64,000 nucleotides of DNA from positions 2,144,001 through 2,208,000 of the forward strand of contig OY762463.1 of the NCBI GenBank assembly GCA_963665815.1. The letters run 5' to 3'. The DNA is from Candidatus Cloacimonadales bacterium (GTDB lineage: Bacteria; Cloacimonadota; Cloacimonadia; Cloacimonadales; JAIOQZ01). Of the stretch, positions 21,727-32,913 are shown piece by piece. The position numbers were made by a program, and so were the translations under genes. The notes under the pieces are model-generated. The model saw nothing but the letters and a program-made list of their open reading frames with translations, was not told the DNA's origin and ran no database searches. Every line of letters starts with the position of its first letter. Position 1 is the stretch's first letter.

Positions 21727-22134
21727 ATGAAACACGAATTCCACAAAAGAATTTACGGATATGAATGTGATATATACGGACATCTTAATAATGCTAACTA
21801 TTTACAACTTTTTGAAGCAGCACGCTCAGAATTTCTCCTTATCACAGATCTTTCTATAGAGAAGCTGAGCAGTTTGGGGATAAGTATTTTCATTAGTGAA
21901 TCACTTATCAAGTACAAAAAACCGGTAGAACTTAATGATGTAGTAAAAGTTGTCAGTACGGTTAAATCTTGCAGCAGAGTAAAATCTGTCTGGAAACAGG
22001 AAATATACAACGATAGCAATGAGCTCTGTACAGTTCTTGAAATTCAAGGTGTATTTGTAATGAATGGGAAACCTGCCAGAATCCCAAAAGAAGTTCACTC
22101 AGTATACTTGCAGTATGTTACATCAGATGATTGA
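21727..22134 (+). CDS. Acyl-CoA thioesterase (YbgC/FadM-like)
   Basis: YECDIYGHLNNANYLQLFEAAR; start reassigned to MKHEF; 3' end overlaps mgtE. Confidence 0.9.
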   Translation: MKHEFHKRIYGYECDIYGHLNNANYLQLFEAARSEFLLITDLSIEKLSSLGISIFISESLIKYKKPVELNDVVKVVSTVKSCSRVKSVWKQEIYNDSNELCTVLEIQGVFVMNGKPARIPKEVHSVYLQYVTSDD

Positions 22135-23461
22135 TAAACAGAGTAGCAAGTCCGAGAAATGACACAAAACCACCAATATCTGTTACCATAGTAATTACAA
22201 CACTGGATGCAAGAGCAGGATCGATTTTCAGAGCTTTCATAATCACAGGAATAAAAGATCCTGTTAGTCCGGCAATAAACATATTAGTTATCATAGCTGT
22301 ACCAAGTACAACTCCCCACCAGATGTTTCCTTTTATCAGATAAGCAGCAAGCATAGCTATTGAACCAACACCAATACCATTCAGCAGTCCCACGGACACT
22401 TCCTTGAAAATTGCCTTATAAGTATTCCTGAGGGTTAATTCTCCAAGAGCTATACCACGGGTAATAACTGTCAGAGTTTGTGTACCGGAGTTTCCTCCCA
22501 AACCAGCAACTATAGGCATAAGGACGGCAAGAAAAGACAACTTCTCTATTGTTCCCTGGAACAGTCCCACAAAACTGGAGACAATCATTGCTGTAAAAAG
22601 ATTAAGTATTAGCCAGGGTAGTCTTTTCTTAACAGAACTCAGAGGAGAAGTAAACACCTTATCATCAGAATCAAGTCCCACAAGTTTATAAACATCTTCC
22701 GAAGCCTCTTCATCTATTACATCTATAATATCATCAACTGTAATACGACCAAGTAAGACTCCTTGTGGATCTACTACGGGAATAGCATATAGATTGTACC
22801 TACGAAACATATCAGCTACTTTTTCCTGGTCCATATTGACGAGAGCATATTTCACGTTGGGATGTATTAAATCTCTGGCAATTGTATTTGGGCCAGCTAT
22901 TACAAGTCTAGTTACATCCAGAACTCCAAGCAGAACATTATTATCGCCAACTACATACAGATAGTGGTAATTCTCAACCTCATCCTTATTTTTCCTTATC
23001 TCCCTGATCAGTTCATCTCTTTTCATGTTCTGAGTCACGACGATCATCTCGGTCTGCATGAGTCCACCGGCACTATCTTCGTCGTAATTCATCAATTCTT
23101 TAATCTGCTCTGAATCTTCTTTATCAAGTTTTTTCAGCACCGATTCAGATTTATCATCTTCCAGATCAGCTATTACATCTACAGCCTCATCAATCTCCAT
23201 CTCATCAATAATCTTTACAAGGCGTTCTTCCCTCATCTGAAGAATTAGTTTTTCTCTTTTTTCTTCGGGGAGTTCAATAAGAACATCAGCGGCTTTCGCA
23301 ATTGAGAGTAATGGAAAAACTTTTAAGATGTCATTAATGTTCAGGTCAAAAAGAATTGCTGCAATATCTGCCGGGTGCATGGTTCTGACAGCTTCTTCGA
23401 GCAATTTGAAATCGTTATCTAAAATTGCCTGATAGAATGAATCGAAAGTATATAAGCTCAT
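22118..23461 (-). CDS. mgtE: Magnesium transporter MgtE
   Basis: MHPADIA, SAGGLM, CBS pair, RLPWL, GGNSGTQ, IDPALAS..ITMVTD. Confidence 0.97.
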   Translation of the reverse strand: MSLYTFDSFYQAILDNDFKLLEEAVRTMHPADIAAILFDLNINDILKVFPLLSIAKAADVLIELPEEKREKLILQMREERLVKIIDEMEIDEAVDVIADLEDDKSESVLKKLDKEDSEQIKELMNYDEDSAGGLMQTEMIVVTQNMKRDELIREIRKNKDEVENYHYLYVVGDNNVLLGVLDVTRLVIAGPNTIARDLIHPNVKYALVNMDQEKVADMFRRYNLYAIPVVDPQGVLLGRITVDDIIDVIDEEASEDVYKLVGLDSDDKVFTSPLSSVKKRLPWLILNLFTAMIVSSFVGLFQGTIEKLSFLAVLMPIVAGLGGNSGTQTLTVITRGIALGELTLRNTYKAIFKEVSVGLLNGIGVGSIAMLAAYLIKGNIWWGVVLGTAMITNMFIAGLTGSFIPVIMKALKIDPALASSVVITMVTDIGGFVSFLGLATLFINHLM

Positions 23462-23492
23462 ATATACCCTCCCTGAAATAAGGATTGTAAAG

Positions 23493-23519
23493 AAAAAAAG
23501 GCTGCATTTAAGCAGCCTT
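23493..23519 (-). terminator. Terminator after rplQ
   Basis: AAGGCTGC-loop-GCAGCCTT plus T-run on minus strand. Confidence 0.85.
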
Positions 23520-23524
23520 ACAAT

Positions 23525-23908
23525 TTATTCAGCTTCCACTGTTTCTTTTAATTCGTAATCTACAAATTCAAGAATTGCCATTGGAGCACAATCTCCACGT
23601 CTGAATCCGACTTTCATAACTCTGGTGTATCCACCGTTTCTATCGGAAAATCTTGGGGCAATATCATCGAACAGTTTCTTTACTAAAGTACGATCAAGAA
23701 GAACCTTGTATGCAAGTCTTCTGCCATGAACATCATTTTTCTTACCATAGGTAACCATGCGTTCAACAAGTCCTCTTGCTTCTTTTGCTTTTGCATGAGT
23801 AGTTCTGATTCTTTCATGCAAAATCATAGATTTTACTAAGTTCCTCATGAGAGCCTTTCTGTGTCCGGCTTCTCTTCCGAATTTGCGTCCTTGTACTTTA
23901 TGTCTCAT
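23525..23908 (-). CDS. rplQ: 50S ribosomal protein L17
   Basis: MRHK..GRKFGR..HRKALMRNL, RNGGYTR. Confidence 0.98.
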   Translation of the reverse strand: MRHKVQGRKFGREAGHRKALMRNLVKSMILHERIRTTHAKAKEARGLVERMVTYGKKNDVHGRRLAYKVLLDRTLVKKLFDDIAPRFSDRNGGYTRVMKVGFRRGDCAPMAILEFVDYELKETVEAE

Positions 23909-23912
23909 AGGA

Positions 23913-24932
23913 TTAACCCTTTATCCTTTTTGTTACTCTTTGTTTTGCTTCATCAATCTGAGCTTCAATTTTATCTATATCCATACCAAAATGAAGTTCA
24001 TAGTTTTGCAGAAGTGCGGTAATTTCATCGAGTGATTTTTTACCGAAGTTTCTGTATTTGAGCATTTCATTTTCAGTTTTGGATACAAGCTCTCTGATTG
24101 TTTCAATCTTAGCTGCAGCAAGACAATTGCTTGATCTTACTGTCAGTTCAAGTTCCTTAACATTCATATTAATCAGTTTATCAAGACGTTCGAGTTCAGG
24201 ATCCATTTCCACTTCTTCGATGTATTCAGGTTCATTTTCAAATCTGACTATAGTAGCATAAAGGTCTTTTAAGATCTTTGCTGAAAGATAAAGAGCATCT
24301 TTGGGCTCAATACTTCCGTCAGTTTCAACTTCCATAGTAAGTTTATCGAAATCGATCTTTTCACCAACTCGTTGATATCCTGTTGTAAAATTAACTTTCG
24401 TGATCGGAGAATAAATTGAGTCTATTGGTATAACACCTACAGGTCTCTCTTCGGTTTCTTGCTCGTCTGCTGAAACATATCCTCTGCCAATACCGATCCA
24501 TACTTCTAGGTGGAAATCTACATCTTCAGTCATTTCCAGAAGTTCAAGATCAGGATTACAGATTTCAACACCCGGAGGAGTTTGAAATTCAGCAGCAGTA
24601 ACAATTCCTGTTCCTTTGTGAGAGAGTATCAATTTTTCCTCATTAATTGAACTCATTTTTATTATAAGTCTTTTCAGTTTAAGAATGAGGTCAATATAAT
24701 CAGAAGTAGCTCCAGGGATTGGTACAAACTCATGGTGCAGTCCTTCAATTTTCACGAAACGCACAGCTGCGCCCTGAATTGAGGAAAGAAGCACTCGTCT
24801 GAGCGTATTACCTATTGTGGTAGCAAATCCTGGTTCAAGCGGACCTATTTCAAACTTGCCGTATGTGTCTGAATAAGTTTTCTCGTCAATTTCAACACTT
24901 TCTGGCATTTGTAACGGTTCAAGAAGCAACAT
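23913..24932 (-). CDS. rpoA: RNA polymerase alpha subunit
   Basis: PLEPGFATTIGNTLRRVLLSS, LELTVRSSNCL, NFGKKSLDEI. Confidence 0.98.
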   Translation of the reverse strand: MLLLEPLQMPESVEIDEKTYSDTYGKFEIGPLEPGFATTIGNTLRRVLLSSIQGAAVRFVKIEGLHHEFVPIPGATSDYIDLILKLKRLIIKMSSINEEKLILSHKGTGIVTAAEFQTPPGVEICNPDLELLEMTEDVDFHLEVWIGIGRGYVSADEQETEERPVGVIPIDSIYSPITKVNFTTGYQRVGEKIDFDKLTMEVETDGSIEPKDALYLSAKILKDLYATIVRFENEPEYIEEVEMDPELERLDKLINMNVKELELTVRSSNCLAAAKIETIRELVSKTENEMLKYRNFGKKSLDEITALLQNYELHFGMDIDKIEAQIDEAKQRVTKRIKG

Positions 24933-24970
24933 ATATTCTCCTGGTTTTTAATTACTTAGTTGCGTGTTAA

Positions 24971-25588
24971 TTATTTTGAATAATACTCTACAATTAAACG
25001 TTCATCAAGAATTACCGGAATTTGTTCTCTTGCCGGAATTGCTAAAACTTCACCTTTCATTGAATCTGTGTCAAATGTAACCCATTCACAGTTTGCAGCA
25101 CCACGGGTAACATCAAGGTTATCAAGGATGAATTTTTTAGTTTTACTCTTGCTGCTTACTTCTATCACATCATTAGCTTTACAAATATAAGAAGGAATAT
25201 TCACTCTTCTTCCGTTAACTACTATATGGTTGTGTTTTACTAGTTGGCGTGCTTGCATTCTGGTCACGCCGATACCCATACGGTAGACAATATTATCTAA
25301 TCTGAGTTCTAACAAACGAAGGAGGTTTTCACCTGTAATACCTTTCATTTTGTCTGCTTTTTTGAAATAATTACGGAATTGTTTTTCTAATACTCCGTAA
25401 GTGAATCTCAACTTCTGCTTTTCCTTAAGGTGGATACCATAGTCACTTATCTTTCTTCTGAAAGAATTTCCATGATCTCCAGCAGGATATTTTCTTTTTT
25501 CTAAAATTTTATCGTATTTAGGTGTACCGAAGATATTTTCTCCAAATCTTCTGCACAGTTTTGCTTTTGGTCCAGTATATCGTGCCAT
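24971..25588 (-). CDS. rpsD: 30S ribosomal protein S4
   Basis: MARYTGP, LKEKQK, LELRLDNIVYR, IVEYYSK. Confidence 0.98.
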   Translation of the reverse strand: MARYTGPKAKLCRRFGENIFGTPKYDKILEKRKYPAGDHGNSFRRKISDYGIHLKEKQKLRFTYGVLEKQFRNYFKKADKMKGITGENLLRLLELRLDNIVYRMGIGVTRMQARQLVKHNHIVVNGRRVNIPSYICKANDVIEVSSKSKTKKFILDNLDVTRGAANCEWVTFDTDSMKGEVLAIPAREQIPVILDERLIVEYYSK

Positions 25589-25602
25589 TAATTTCCTCCG
25601 CG

Positions 25603-26001
25603 TTAGATTCTTCTTGGTTTAGGTGGTCTGCATCCGTTATGAGGAATTGGAGTTTCATCTTTAATCATAACAACTCTCAGCCCAGCAGCATTCATGGATC
25701 TGATTGCAGCTTCTCTACCGCCACCAGGTCCTTTCACAATTACTTTTACTCTTCTTATACCCATTTCAATTGCTGATTCAGCAACTTCTTGTCCAGCCAT
25801 CTGAGCTGCAAATGGAGTACTTTTTTTAGAGCCTTTATAACCAATTTTTCCACCACTTGACCAAAGTAATGTATTTCCGGATTTATCTGATAATGTCACA
25901 ATTGTGTTATTAAAACTAGAGTGAACATGCACCACAGCTTCATCAAAAGCAACACGGGATCTTTTCTTTTTAGTCTTTTTTAAATCCTTTTTCTTTGCCA
26001 T
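25603..26001 (-). CDS. rpsK: 30S ribosomal protein S11
   Basis: [29 protein letters not shown]. Confidence 0.98.
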   Translation of the reverse strand: MAKKKDLKKTKKKRSRVAFDEAVVHVHSSFNNTIVTLSDKSGNTLLWSSGGKIGYKGSKKSTPFAAQMAGQEVAESAIEMGIRRVKVIVKGPGGGREAAIRSMNAAGLRVVMIKDETPIPHNGCRPPKPRRI

Positions 26002-26010
26002 ATCATTCCC

Positions 26011-26385
26011 CTATTTCTTCTTCCTGTTACTGATTCCACCAGGTTTAGGACCTTTACGTGTTCTGGCATTAGTTTTTGTTTTCTGTCCACGACAAGGGAG
26101 TCCCCTTTTGTGACGCATTCCACGGTAACTACCAATTTCCATAAGACGTTTTATATCCATAGTTCTTTGTGTTCTTAAATCACCTTCTACAGTGTAATCA
26201 TTTTGAATAATTTCACGAAGGGCTTTTTCTTGCTCTACTGACAGGTCTTTTACTCTGATGCTTTCATCAATACCTGTTTTTGCACAGATCTTCTGAGCTG
26301 TTGTCGGGCCAATACCGAAAATGTAGGTTAAGCCTATTACAACTCTTTTGTTCCTTGGTAATTCAACTCCTGCTATATGTGCCAA
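26011..26385 (-). CDS. rpsM: 30S ribosomal protein S13
   Basis: [30 protein letters not shown]. Confidence 0.98.
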   Translation of the reverse strand: MAHIAGVELPRNKRVVIGLTYIFGIGPTTAQKICAKTGIDESIRVKDLSVEQEKALREIIQNDYTVEGDLRTQRTMDIKRLMEIGSYRGMRHKRGLPCRGQKTKTNARTRKGPKPGGISNRKKK

Positions 26386-26400
26386 GTTTCCTCCTTATTA

Positions 26401-26517
26401 TTATCCCTGACGTTGTTTGTGCTTAGGATTACTTGAACATATCACTCTTATAACGCCATTTCTTTTTATGATTCTGCAGTCTCTGCAGATCTTCTTTACC
26501 GATGCTCTGACTTTCAT
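26401..26517 (-). CDS. rpmJ: 50S ribosomal protein L36, Zn-binding type (38 aa, missing from ORF track)
   Basis: Hand translation [38 protein letters not shown]. Confidence 0.97.
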   Translation of the reverse strand: MKVRASVKKICRDCRIIKRNGVIRVICSSNPKHKQRQG

Positions 26518-26526
26518 TACAATCTC

Positions 26527-26745
26527 CTATTTATAGCGGTAAATTATCCGTCCCCTGTTCAAGTCGTATGGGGATAGTTCTAACTTTACTTTATCTCCGG
26601 GTAAAATGCGTATAAAGTTCATACGCATTTTTCCGGATGTATGAGCTAATAGTTCATGACCATTTTCTAATTCAACTTTAAAGGTAGTATTAGGCAACGC
26701 TTCTTTTACGACGCCTTCTACTTCTATAACTCCTGCTTTTGCCAT
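26527..26745 (-). CDS. infA: Translation initiation factor IF-1
   Basis: [26 protein letters not shown]. Confidence 0.98.
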   Translation of the reverse strand: MAKAGVIEVEGVVKEALPNTTFKVELENGHELLAHTSGKMRMNFIRILPGDKVKLELSPYDLNRGRIIYRYK

Positions 26746-26751
26746 ACTTTA

Positions 26752-27513
26752 TTACCTTATCTTTGTTAATATTTCAGGTTTATTGTCTGTGATGAGAATA
26801 GTATGTTCAAAATGAGCTGACAGGGTTCCGTCTGCTACCATATATTCCCAGCCTTTTTCCAAAACTCTGTTTGTTCCAATATTAACCATGGGCTCTATTG
26901 CTAAAGTCATTCCCTCAGCAAGACGAACACCACGACCTTTTTTTCCGAAATTCGGGATCATTGGTTCTTCATGTAATTGTCTTCCAATTCCATGTCCTGT
27001 AAGATTATCTGCTACGTAATATCCGTTTCTGCTGACATGAGAACCAATTGCAAAAGAAATATCGCCAAGACGATTTCCCGCCAATGCGTTTTCTATCCCT
27101 TTCAGTAACGCCTGATATGTTACATCAAGCAGTTTCCGGGTTTTATCAGATATTTCACCAACTGCATAAGTCCATGCACCATCACCATGGTATCCGTTCT
27201 TGTAAGTTCCAACATCAATTCCAATTATATCACCTTCTTTAAGAACAGCTTTCTTACTTGGAATACCATGAACAATATATGAATTCACTGATGTGCACAA
27301 TGCAGCTGGGAAGGGTTGCAGTCCTGGAATACTGTATCCTTTGAATGCAGGAGTTGCACCTTCATCACGAATGATCTCTTCTGCTTTTTTGTTAAGTTGA
27401 TATGTGGATACACCCGGTTGAACAATCTCTTTCAACTCGTTTAAAACAACTGCAATTATGCGGTTGCTTTCCCGCATCTTTTCAATTTCTTCAGCGTTTT
27501 TTATGTAAATCAT
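26752..27513 (-). CDS. map: Methionine aminopeptidase type I
   Basis: CTSVN..IVHGIP, GHGIG..LHEEP, AIEPMVN, SAHFEHT. Confidence 0.97.
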   Translation of the reverse strand: MIYIKNAEEIEKMRESNRIIAVVLNELKEIVQPGVSTYQLNKKAEEIIRDEGATPAFKGYSIPGLQPFPAALCTSVNSYIVHGIPSKKAVLKEGDIIGIDVGTYKNGYHGDGAWTYAVGEISDKTRKLLDVTYQALLKGIENALAGNRLGDISFAIGSHVSRNGYYVADNLTGHGIGRQLHEEPMIPNFGKKGRGVRLAEGMTLAIEPMVNIGTNRVLEKGWEYMVADGTLSAHFEHTILITDNKPEILTKIR

Positions 27514-27537
27514 ATCAACATTTCCTAAATTTTTAGA

Positions 27538-28851
27538 TTACCTGTTTCTACCACGAAGTTTACCTTTTTTCATGAAACCTTCATAGTGTCTTGTTACAAG
27601 GTGAGATTCAATTTGTTGAAGTGTATCGAGGGCAACACCAACAACGATGATCAGACCTGTACCACCAAAGTAGAAAGGTAACTGAGTCCACTTTTGCATA
27701 AATTCCGGTAATACCGCAACGAAAGCAAAGAATATTGCTCCCGGCAAAGTGATTCTTGTAAGTACATTATTAATATATTCGGCTGTTTTCTTTCCTGGTT
27801 TACGTCCCGGAATAAAACCACCGTGTCTTTTCATATTGTCTGCCATTTCTATAGGATTTAATACAATTGCTGTATAGAAATAAGCAAAGAATACAATTAA
27901 GGAGACATATACCACAGTGTATAAGAATGCACCCGGTGAAAGATAACTTACAATCGCAGCCATAGTATCGCTGTCTTTGAAGAAAGAAGCTATAGTTCTT
28001 GGGAACATAATTATTGATTGTGCAAAGATAATAGGGATCACACCGGCTGTATTCACTTTAAGTGGAATATGTGTGGACTGACCGCCATATACTTTACGTC
28101 CGATAACTCTTTTTTGATACTGTACCGGAATTTTACGCTGTGCTTCTGTCACTAAGAGAACTGCAGCAGTAACTGCTATCATTATAGCAACATTCAGTAA
28201 TGCCATGAAAATACTTAAAGATCCGGATTTAACCATGGAGAACATGATTCCGAATCCTTCCGGATATCTGGCAATAATACCTGCGAAAATAATTAATGAA
28301 ATACCATTACCAATTCCGTTTTCAGTAATTTGCTCTCCCAGCCACATGATTACCATTGTACCTGTAACAAGTGTTGTTACAGCTGTGATAATAAACATGA
28401 CTTTGTTCATCATTACTGCCGGAACACCCTGGCTGTTTTCAATAGAAAGAAGCCAGAGACTGATAGCAAATGAGTTAAATGCTGCAATAATAAGTGTGCC
28501 GTACCGTGTGAACTGATTCATCTTCTTCTGGCCTTCAGCACCTTCTTTTTTGAGCTTTTCAAAATAAGGTATTATACTTCCTAATAATTGTATTACGATA
28601 GATGCAGTAATATACGGCATGATACCGAGTGCAAAAATGGAAGCACGTTTGAAGTTACCTCCAACGAACAAATCAAATAATCCGAACAATGTGTTAGACT
28701 TTGAGCTGAATGCTGATTGAAGAACACTTGCCGAAATTCCAGGTGTAGGAATATAACTTCCTAATCTGTAGACTATAAGAATCAGTGCTGTAAATAGAAT
28801 CTTTCTTTTAAGATCCGGTACTTTGAAGACATTACTTAAACTTTGCAACAA
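27538..28851 (-). CDS. secY: Preprotein translocase SecY
   Basis: SIFALGIMPYITASI, GIGNGISLII, AGVIPIIFA, GGFIPG. Confidence 0.98.
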   Translation of the reverse strand: MLQSLSNVFKVPDLKRKILFTALILIVYRLGSYIPTPGISASVLQSAFSSKSNTLFGLFDLFVGGNFKRASIFALGIMPYITASIVIQLLGSIIPYFEKLKKEGAEGQKKMNQFTRYGTLIIAAFNSFAISLWLLSIENSQGVPAVMMNKVMFIITAVTTLVTGTMVIMWLGEQITENGIGNGISLIIFAGIIARYPEGFGIMFSMVKSGSLSIFMALLNVAIMIAVTAAVLLVTEAQRKIPVQYQKRVIGRKVYGGQSTHIPLKVNTAGVIPIIFAQSIIMFPRTIASFFKDSDTMAAIVSYLSPGAFLYTVVYVSLIVFFAYFYTAIVLNPIEMADNMKRHGGFIPGRKPGKKTAEYINNVLTRITLPGAIFFAFVAVLPEFMQKWTQLPFYFGGTGLIIVVGVALDTLQQIESHLVTRHYEGFMKKGKLRGRNR

Positions 28852-28852
28852 T

Positions 28853-29305
28853 TTAAACTACCTCCGCCTTTCCTCCGTTCTTTTCAATAACTTCTTTTGC
28901 GGTTTTTGAAAACGCATTTGCCTTGATTGTTACTTTCTTGTCGAATTTTTCTTTTCCGGTTGCAAGAATCTTTACAGGTGATTTTTTTGTTTTACCAATA
29001 TGTTTGATAACACCATGTTTTTCGAGACAGGCAATATCAATTTCTGTTTCATTGATCTCCTGAATTCTCTCAAGATTAACTACGCGGAAATGAACTTTAA
29101 AAATATTTTTGAATCCACGTTTAGGTAAACGACGCTGGATAGGCATCTGACCACCTTCAAACCATGCAGGAATATTTCCGCCGGAACGTGATTTTTGTCC
29201 TTTATGACCTTTACCGGCTGTTTTACCGGTTCCGGTTCCTTCACCTTTACCAAGACGCTTTTTTCTATATTTGATTTCAGGTCTTTTAAGTTCATGAAGA
29301 TACAT
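28853..29305 (-). CDS. rplO: 50S ribosomal protein L15
   Basis: GKGHKGQKSRSG, FEGGQMP..RRLPKRGF. Confidence 0.98.
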   Translation of the reverse strand: MYLHELKRPEIKYRKKRLGKGEGTGTGKTAGKGHKGQKSRSGGNIPAWFEGGQMPIQRRLPKRGFKNIFKVHFRVVNLERIQEINETEIDIACLEKHGVIKHIGKTKKSPVKILATGKEKFDKKVTIKANAFSKTAKEVIEKNGGKAEVV

Positions 29306-29321
29306 TTCTACTCCTTATTAA

Positions 29322-29510
29322 CTACTCACCGTCTTGAATTTCTTCAACTTTTACAAGATGAGATACCTTGTTAATCATCCCTCTGATAACAGGATTATCA
29401 TCATGAATGCGAGTTCTGTTAATTTTTCCTAAGCCTAAAGCTTTTATTGTTCTTTTCTGATCTTCTTTTCTCTTTATTGTACTGCCAGTTTGTGTAACCT
29501 TAAGCTTCAT
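29322..29510 (-). CDS. rpmD: 50S ribosomal protein L30
   Basis: [24 protein letters not shown]. Confidence 0.96.
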   Translation of the reverse strand: MKLKVTQTGSTIKRKEDQKRTIKALGLGKINRTRIHDDNPVIRGMINKVSHLVKVEEIQDGE

Positions 29511-30024
29511 CAGATACCTCCCGTCCGATTATTTCGTTAACGGTTTTACCTCTGAGCTTAGCTGCATCCTGTATAGTTCTAAGAGCTTTAAGACCAACAA
29601 CTGTTGCTTTAACAACATTGACAGGTGTGTTGGAACCCATGGATTTAGTCAAGATATTCTCTACCCCGACTGCTTCCATAATCGCACGCATAGGCCCACC
29701 GGCGATAATTCCGGTACCTGGTGCAGCTGGCTTCATAAGCACTTTACTTGCACTGAATTTAGCTTTGATTTCGTGAGGAATGGTTCCTTTAATAATAGGA
29801 ACTCTGAACATATTTTTGGCAGCTCTTTCCTTAGCTTTTCTAATTGCGTCTACAATTTCGTTTGCTTTTCCGTATCCAACTCCAACCATTCCGTTTTTAT
29901 CGCCAACAACAACTGTAGCGTTAAAACTGAAGTTTCTACCACCTTTTACAACTTTAGCAACACGGTTTGTATCAACAATCTTTTCCACTTCGAATTCTTG
30001 CATCTGTCTTCTATTTTGCATCAT
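29500..30024 (-). CDS. rpsE: 30S ribosomal protein S5
   Basis: [23 protein letters not shown]. Confidence 0.98.
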   Translation of the reverse strand: MMQNRRQMQEFEVEKIVDTNRVAKVVKGGRNFSFNATVVVGDKNGMVGVGYGKANEIVDAIRKAKERAAKNMFRVPIIKGTIPHEIKAKFSASKVLMKPAAPGTGIIAGGPMRAIMEAVGVENILTKSMGSNTPVNVVKATVVGLKALRTIQDAAKLRGKTVNEIIGREVSDEA

Positions 30025-30035
30025 AAGAGTCTTCC

Positions 30036-30425
30036 TTATACGAAGTTGCTGATTCCAGCTTCTTCAGCAGCTTTACGAACGCCTTCAGCCAGAGCTTTTA
30101 CTCGCCCGTGAAATCTGAATCCGTTTCTGTCAAAGCATACTTTAGTAATGCCGGCAGCAATCGCTTTCTTACCTAATTCATATCCTACTTTATAACTTTT
30201 TTCAGTTTTCTTTACATTTTCCATTACAGGAAAATCTTTAGCTGCAGTAGACATAGAAACACTTGTCAATCCGCATTCATCATTTATGATCTGAGCATAA
30301 ATATGTTTTGCACTTCTGAAAACAGTCAAACGTGGACGCTGTTCTGAACCGCTTAAATGCTTACGTATTGCTTTTTTACGACGCATTCTCGCTTTGCTTT
30401 TAATGTAAGTTTTACCTTTTTCCAT
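30036..30425 (-). CDS. rplR: 50S ribosomal protein L18
   Basis: [31 protein letters not shown]. Confidence 0.97.
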   Translation of the reverse strand: MEKGKTYIKSKARMRRKKAIRKHLSGSEQRPRLTVFRSAKHIYAQIINDECGLTSVSMSTAAKDFPVMENVKKTEKSYKVGYELGKKAIAAGITKVCFDRNGFRFHGRVKALAEGVRKAAEEAGISNFV

Positions 30426-30437
30426 AATTATTCTCCA

Positions 30438-31007
30438 CTACTTGCCAGATTTACCTATCTTAATCTTAACAAATTCATCCGCGTAACGGATACCTTTACC
30501 TTTATAGTTTTCAGGTTTTCTGCACTTGCGAATTTCTGCGGCGAACTTACCAACATCTTCTTTATTAATACCGTTTACTTTTACGATTGCCTGAAGCGCT
30601 GATTTTGATCCACGCATTCTTGCAACAGGCTCTGCCGAAACAGTAATACCTTCAGGTATTTCAAGAAGTATATCGTGAGAATAACCTATACTTATTTTAA
30701 GCCAAGGTTTCATCACCTCTGCTGAGTATCCGGTACCAATAACATGCAGTTCTTTCTGGTAACCTTCACTAACACCGGTAACCATGTTCTGAATGAGTGC
30801 TCTGGTTAAACCATGGAAAGCTTTCTGAGGTCTACTGTCATCAGATCTTTCAATTTTAATCAGATTCTCTTCCTGAACAACAACGATACCATCTTGCATT
30901 GTATAGTTTAATTCTCCAAGTTTACCTTTAACATGAACATCTCTGTCATTAATCTGTACAGTAACGCCAGCAGGAACCTTTATCGGAGTTCTTCCTATTC
31001 TAGACAC
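30438..31007 (-). CDS. rplF: 50S ribosomal protein L6
   Basis: MSRIG, HGLTRALIQNMVTGVS, PENYKGKGIRY. Confidence 0.98.
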   Translation of the reverse strand: MSRIGRTPIKVPAGVTVQINDRDVHVKGKLGELNYTMQDGIVVVQEENLIKIERSDDSRPQKAFHGLTRALIQNMVTGVSEGYQKELHVIGTGYSAEVMKPWLKISIGYSHDILLEIPEGITVSAEPVARMRGSKSALQAIVKVNGINKEDVGKFAAEIRKCRKPENYKGKGIRYADEFVKIKIGKSGK

Positions 31008-31019
31008 TTGTTCCTCCTA

Positions 31020-31433
31020 TTACCATACTTTACAAACGTATTCGCCACCAACTTTATGTTTACGGGCATCTCTGTCAACCATTACACCTTTATTAGTAGA
31101 AATGATTGCAACACCAACGTTATTATATACTGATGGGATATTTGTAGAGTTAACATATACACGACGACCAGGAGTTGAAATTCTTTCAATTCCACGCATT
31201 ACAGGTTCACCTGTATTAGTGTATCTTAAATTAATATATATCTGTTTACGATAGAATTTTTTGTCTGGATCTCTTTCAATGAGATCAAAGCTGTTTATAT
31301 AATTTTCTTTATCAAGCATTGATACAATATTTTCAACAATATTACAATGATTCACGAGGACGCTTCTGTGCTTTGCTCTGTAGGCATTGCGAATTTTTGT
31401 GATAGCATCAGCGATAGGATCAGTTATACTCAT
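31020..31433 (-). CDS. rpsH: 30S ribosomal protein S8
   Basis: TDPIAD.IT.IRNA, RISTPGRRVY, VGGEYVC.VW. Confidence 0.98.
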   Translation of the reverse strand: MSITDPIADAITKIRNAYRAKHRSVLVNHCNIVENIVSMLDKENYINSFDLIERDPDKKFYRKQIYINLRYTNTGEPVMRGIERISTPGRRVYVNSTNIPSVYNNVGVAIISTNKGVMVDRDARKHKVGGEYVCKVW

Positions 31434-31444
31434 TCTTCCTCCAT

Positions 31445-31630
31445 TTACCAGCTTGCTCTTCGAACGCCAGGGATTTTCCCTTCCGAAGCCAACTTTCTAA
31501 AACACAAGCGACAAATTCCAAAATCTCTCATGTAAGCTCTCTGACGCCCACACAATTTACATCTGGAGTATTCACGAACTTTAAATTTTGGTGTACGCTT
31601 TTGTTTTACAATCCATGATTTCTTAGCCAT
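31445..31630 (-). CDS. rpsN: 30S ribosomal protein S14 (short Zn-binding type Z)
   Basis: 61 aa, [22 protein letters not shown]. Confidence 0.97.
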   Translation of the reverse strand: MAKKSWIVKQKRTPKFKVREYSRCKLCGRQRAYMRDFGICRLCFRKLASEGKIPGVRRASW

Positions 31631-32193
31631 TATATCTCCGTTGTATTTGTGTTTTTCTTTTTAAACGGCATACCAAGAAGACGCAGAAGTTCTTTACCTT
31701 CTTCATCTGTTTTGGCAGTTGTTACAATATTAATGTTCAATCCGCGAACTTTATCTACTTTATCAAATTCGATTTCAGGGAAAACTGTCTGTTCTTTGAG
31801 TCCCATTGAGTGGTTTCCTCTTCCGTCGAAAGATTCATCTGAAATACCTTTGAAATCGCGAATTCTTGGAATTACTATTGTAATTAATCTATCAAAGAAT
31901 TCATACATAATTTCGTCACGCAGGGTAACTTTACAACCAATTGGCATGCCCTGACGAAGTTTGAAATTAGATATTGATTTTGTGGCTTTTGTGATAATAG
32001 GCTTTCTACCAGTAATCTGCTGAAGGTCTTTAACTGCAAAGTCAAGGATAGCCTTATTCGCTACAGCTTCACCAACCCCCATGCTGATGATTATTTTTTC
32101 CATTTTAGGAATCTGGTTTACATTAGAAAATCCGAAATGTTTCATGAGAGCAGAAGCAACTTCATTTTTGTATTTTTCTTTAACACGATTCAT
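31630..32193 (-). CDS. rplE: 50S ribosomal protein L5
   Basis: [30 protein letters not shown]. Confidence 0.98.
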   Translation of the reverse strand: MNRVKEKYKNEVASALMKHFGFSNVNQIPKMEKIIISMGVGEAVANKAILDFAVKDLQQITGRKPIITKATKSISNFKLRQGMPIGCKVTLRDEIMYEFFDRLITIVIPRIRDFKGISDESFDGRGNHSMGLKEQTVFPEIEFDKVDKVRGLNINIVTTAKTDEEGKELLRLLGMPFKKKNTNTTEI

Positions 32194-32203
32194 TGATCAC
32201 TCC

Positions 32204-32527
32204 TTAAATCTCATCTCCGGTTTTTTTACAAACTCTAACTCTGGAGTCGCCGGCTTTTTTAAAGACGGCACGAGTTGTTTCACCGGTTTTCTCATTAAAC
32301 AATTTTACGTTAGAAACATGGATTGGAGCTTCTTTCTCAACGATTCCACCTTGTGGATTCTGTTGATTAGGACGCACATGTCTCTTAATAAAATTAACTT
32401 TCTCAACGATAACACGTTGATCTTGAGGGAAAGCCTTAAGGACTTTACCCTTAACACCTTTGTATTTACCGGAGATTACGACAACTGTGTCACCTTTTTT
32501 GATTCTCATTTTAGTATGTGTCATCAT
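32204..32527 (-). CDS. rplX: 50S ribosomal protein L24
   Basis: [28 protein letters not shown]. Confidence 0.98.
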   Translation of the reverse strand: MMTHTKMRIKKGDTVVVISGKYKGVKGKVLKAFPQDQRVIVEKVNFIKRHVRPNQQNPQGGIVEKEAPIHVSNVKLFNEKTGETTRAVFKKAGDSRVRVCKKTGDEI

Positions 32528-32533
32528 TGTCTC

Positions 32534-32902
32534 CTATAATACTTCCGGAGCCAGAGAAACTATTTTCATGAAATGTTTCTCACGCAATTCTCTTGCAACA
32601 GGTCCGAAAATACGAGTTGCAATAGGTTCATTTCTTTCATCTATCATTACTGCCGCGTTATCCTGGAAGCGAATATAAGATCCGTCTTTACGTCTTACAG
32701 CTTTAGCTGTTCTGACAACAACTGCTCTTTGAACAGCTTTCTTTTTAATCTTACCACCCGGGTTAGCTGCTTTAACTGCAACAACGATTATATCACCCAC
32801 AGTAGCATACTTCAAGCCGGATCCACCAAGAACTTTGATACACATTGCTTTTTTAGCACCAGAGTTATCTGCTACAGTCAACATAGTTTGTGCTTGTATC
32901 AT
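32534..32902 (-). CDS. rplN: 50S ribosomal protein L14
   Basis: [27 protein letters not shown]. Confidence 0.98.
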   Translation of the reverse strand: MIQAQTMLTVADNSGAKKAMCIKVLGGSGLKYATVGDIIVVAVKAANPGGKIKKKAVQRAVVVRTAKAVRRKDGSYIRFQDNAAVMIDERNEPIATRIFGPVARELREKHFMKIVSLAPEVL

Positions 32903-32913
32903 TTACGTTCTCC

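Noticed and set aside
26752-28851. adk missing between secY and map
   Set aside because: Known arrangement in several phyla including FCB-group bacteria; not novel
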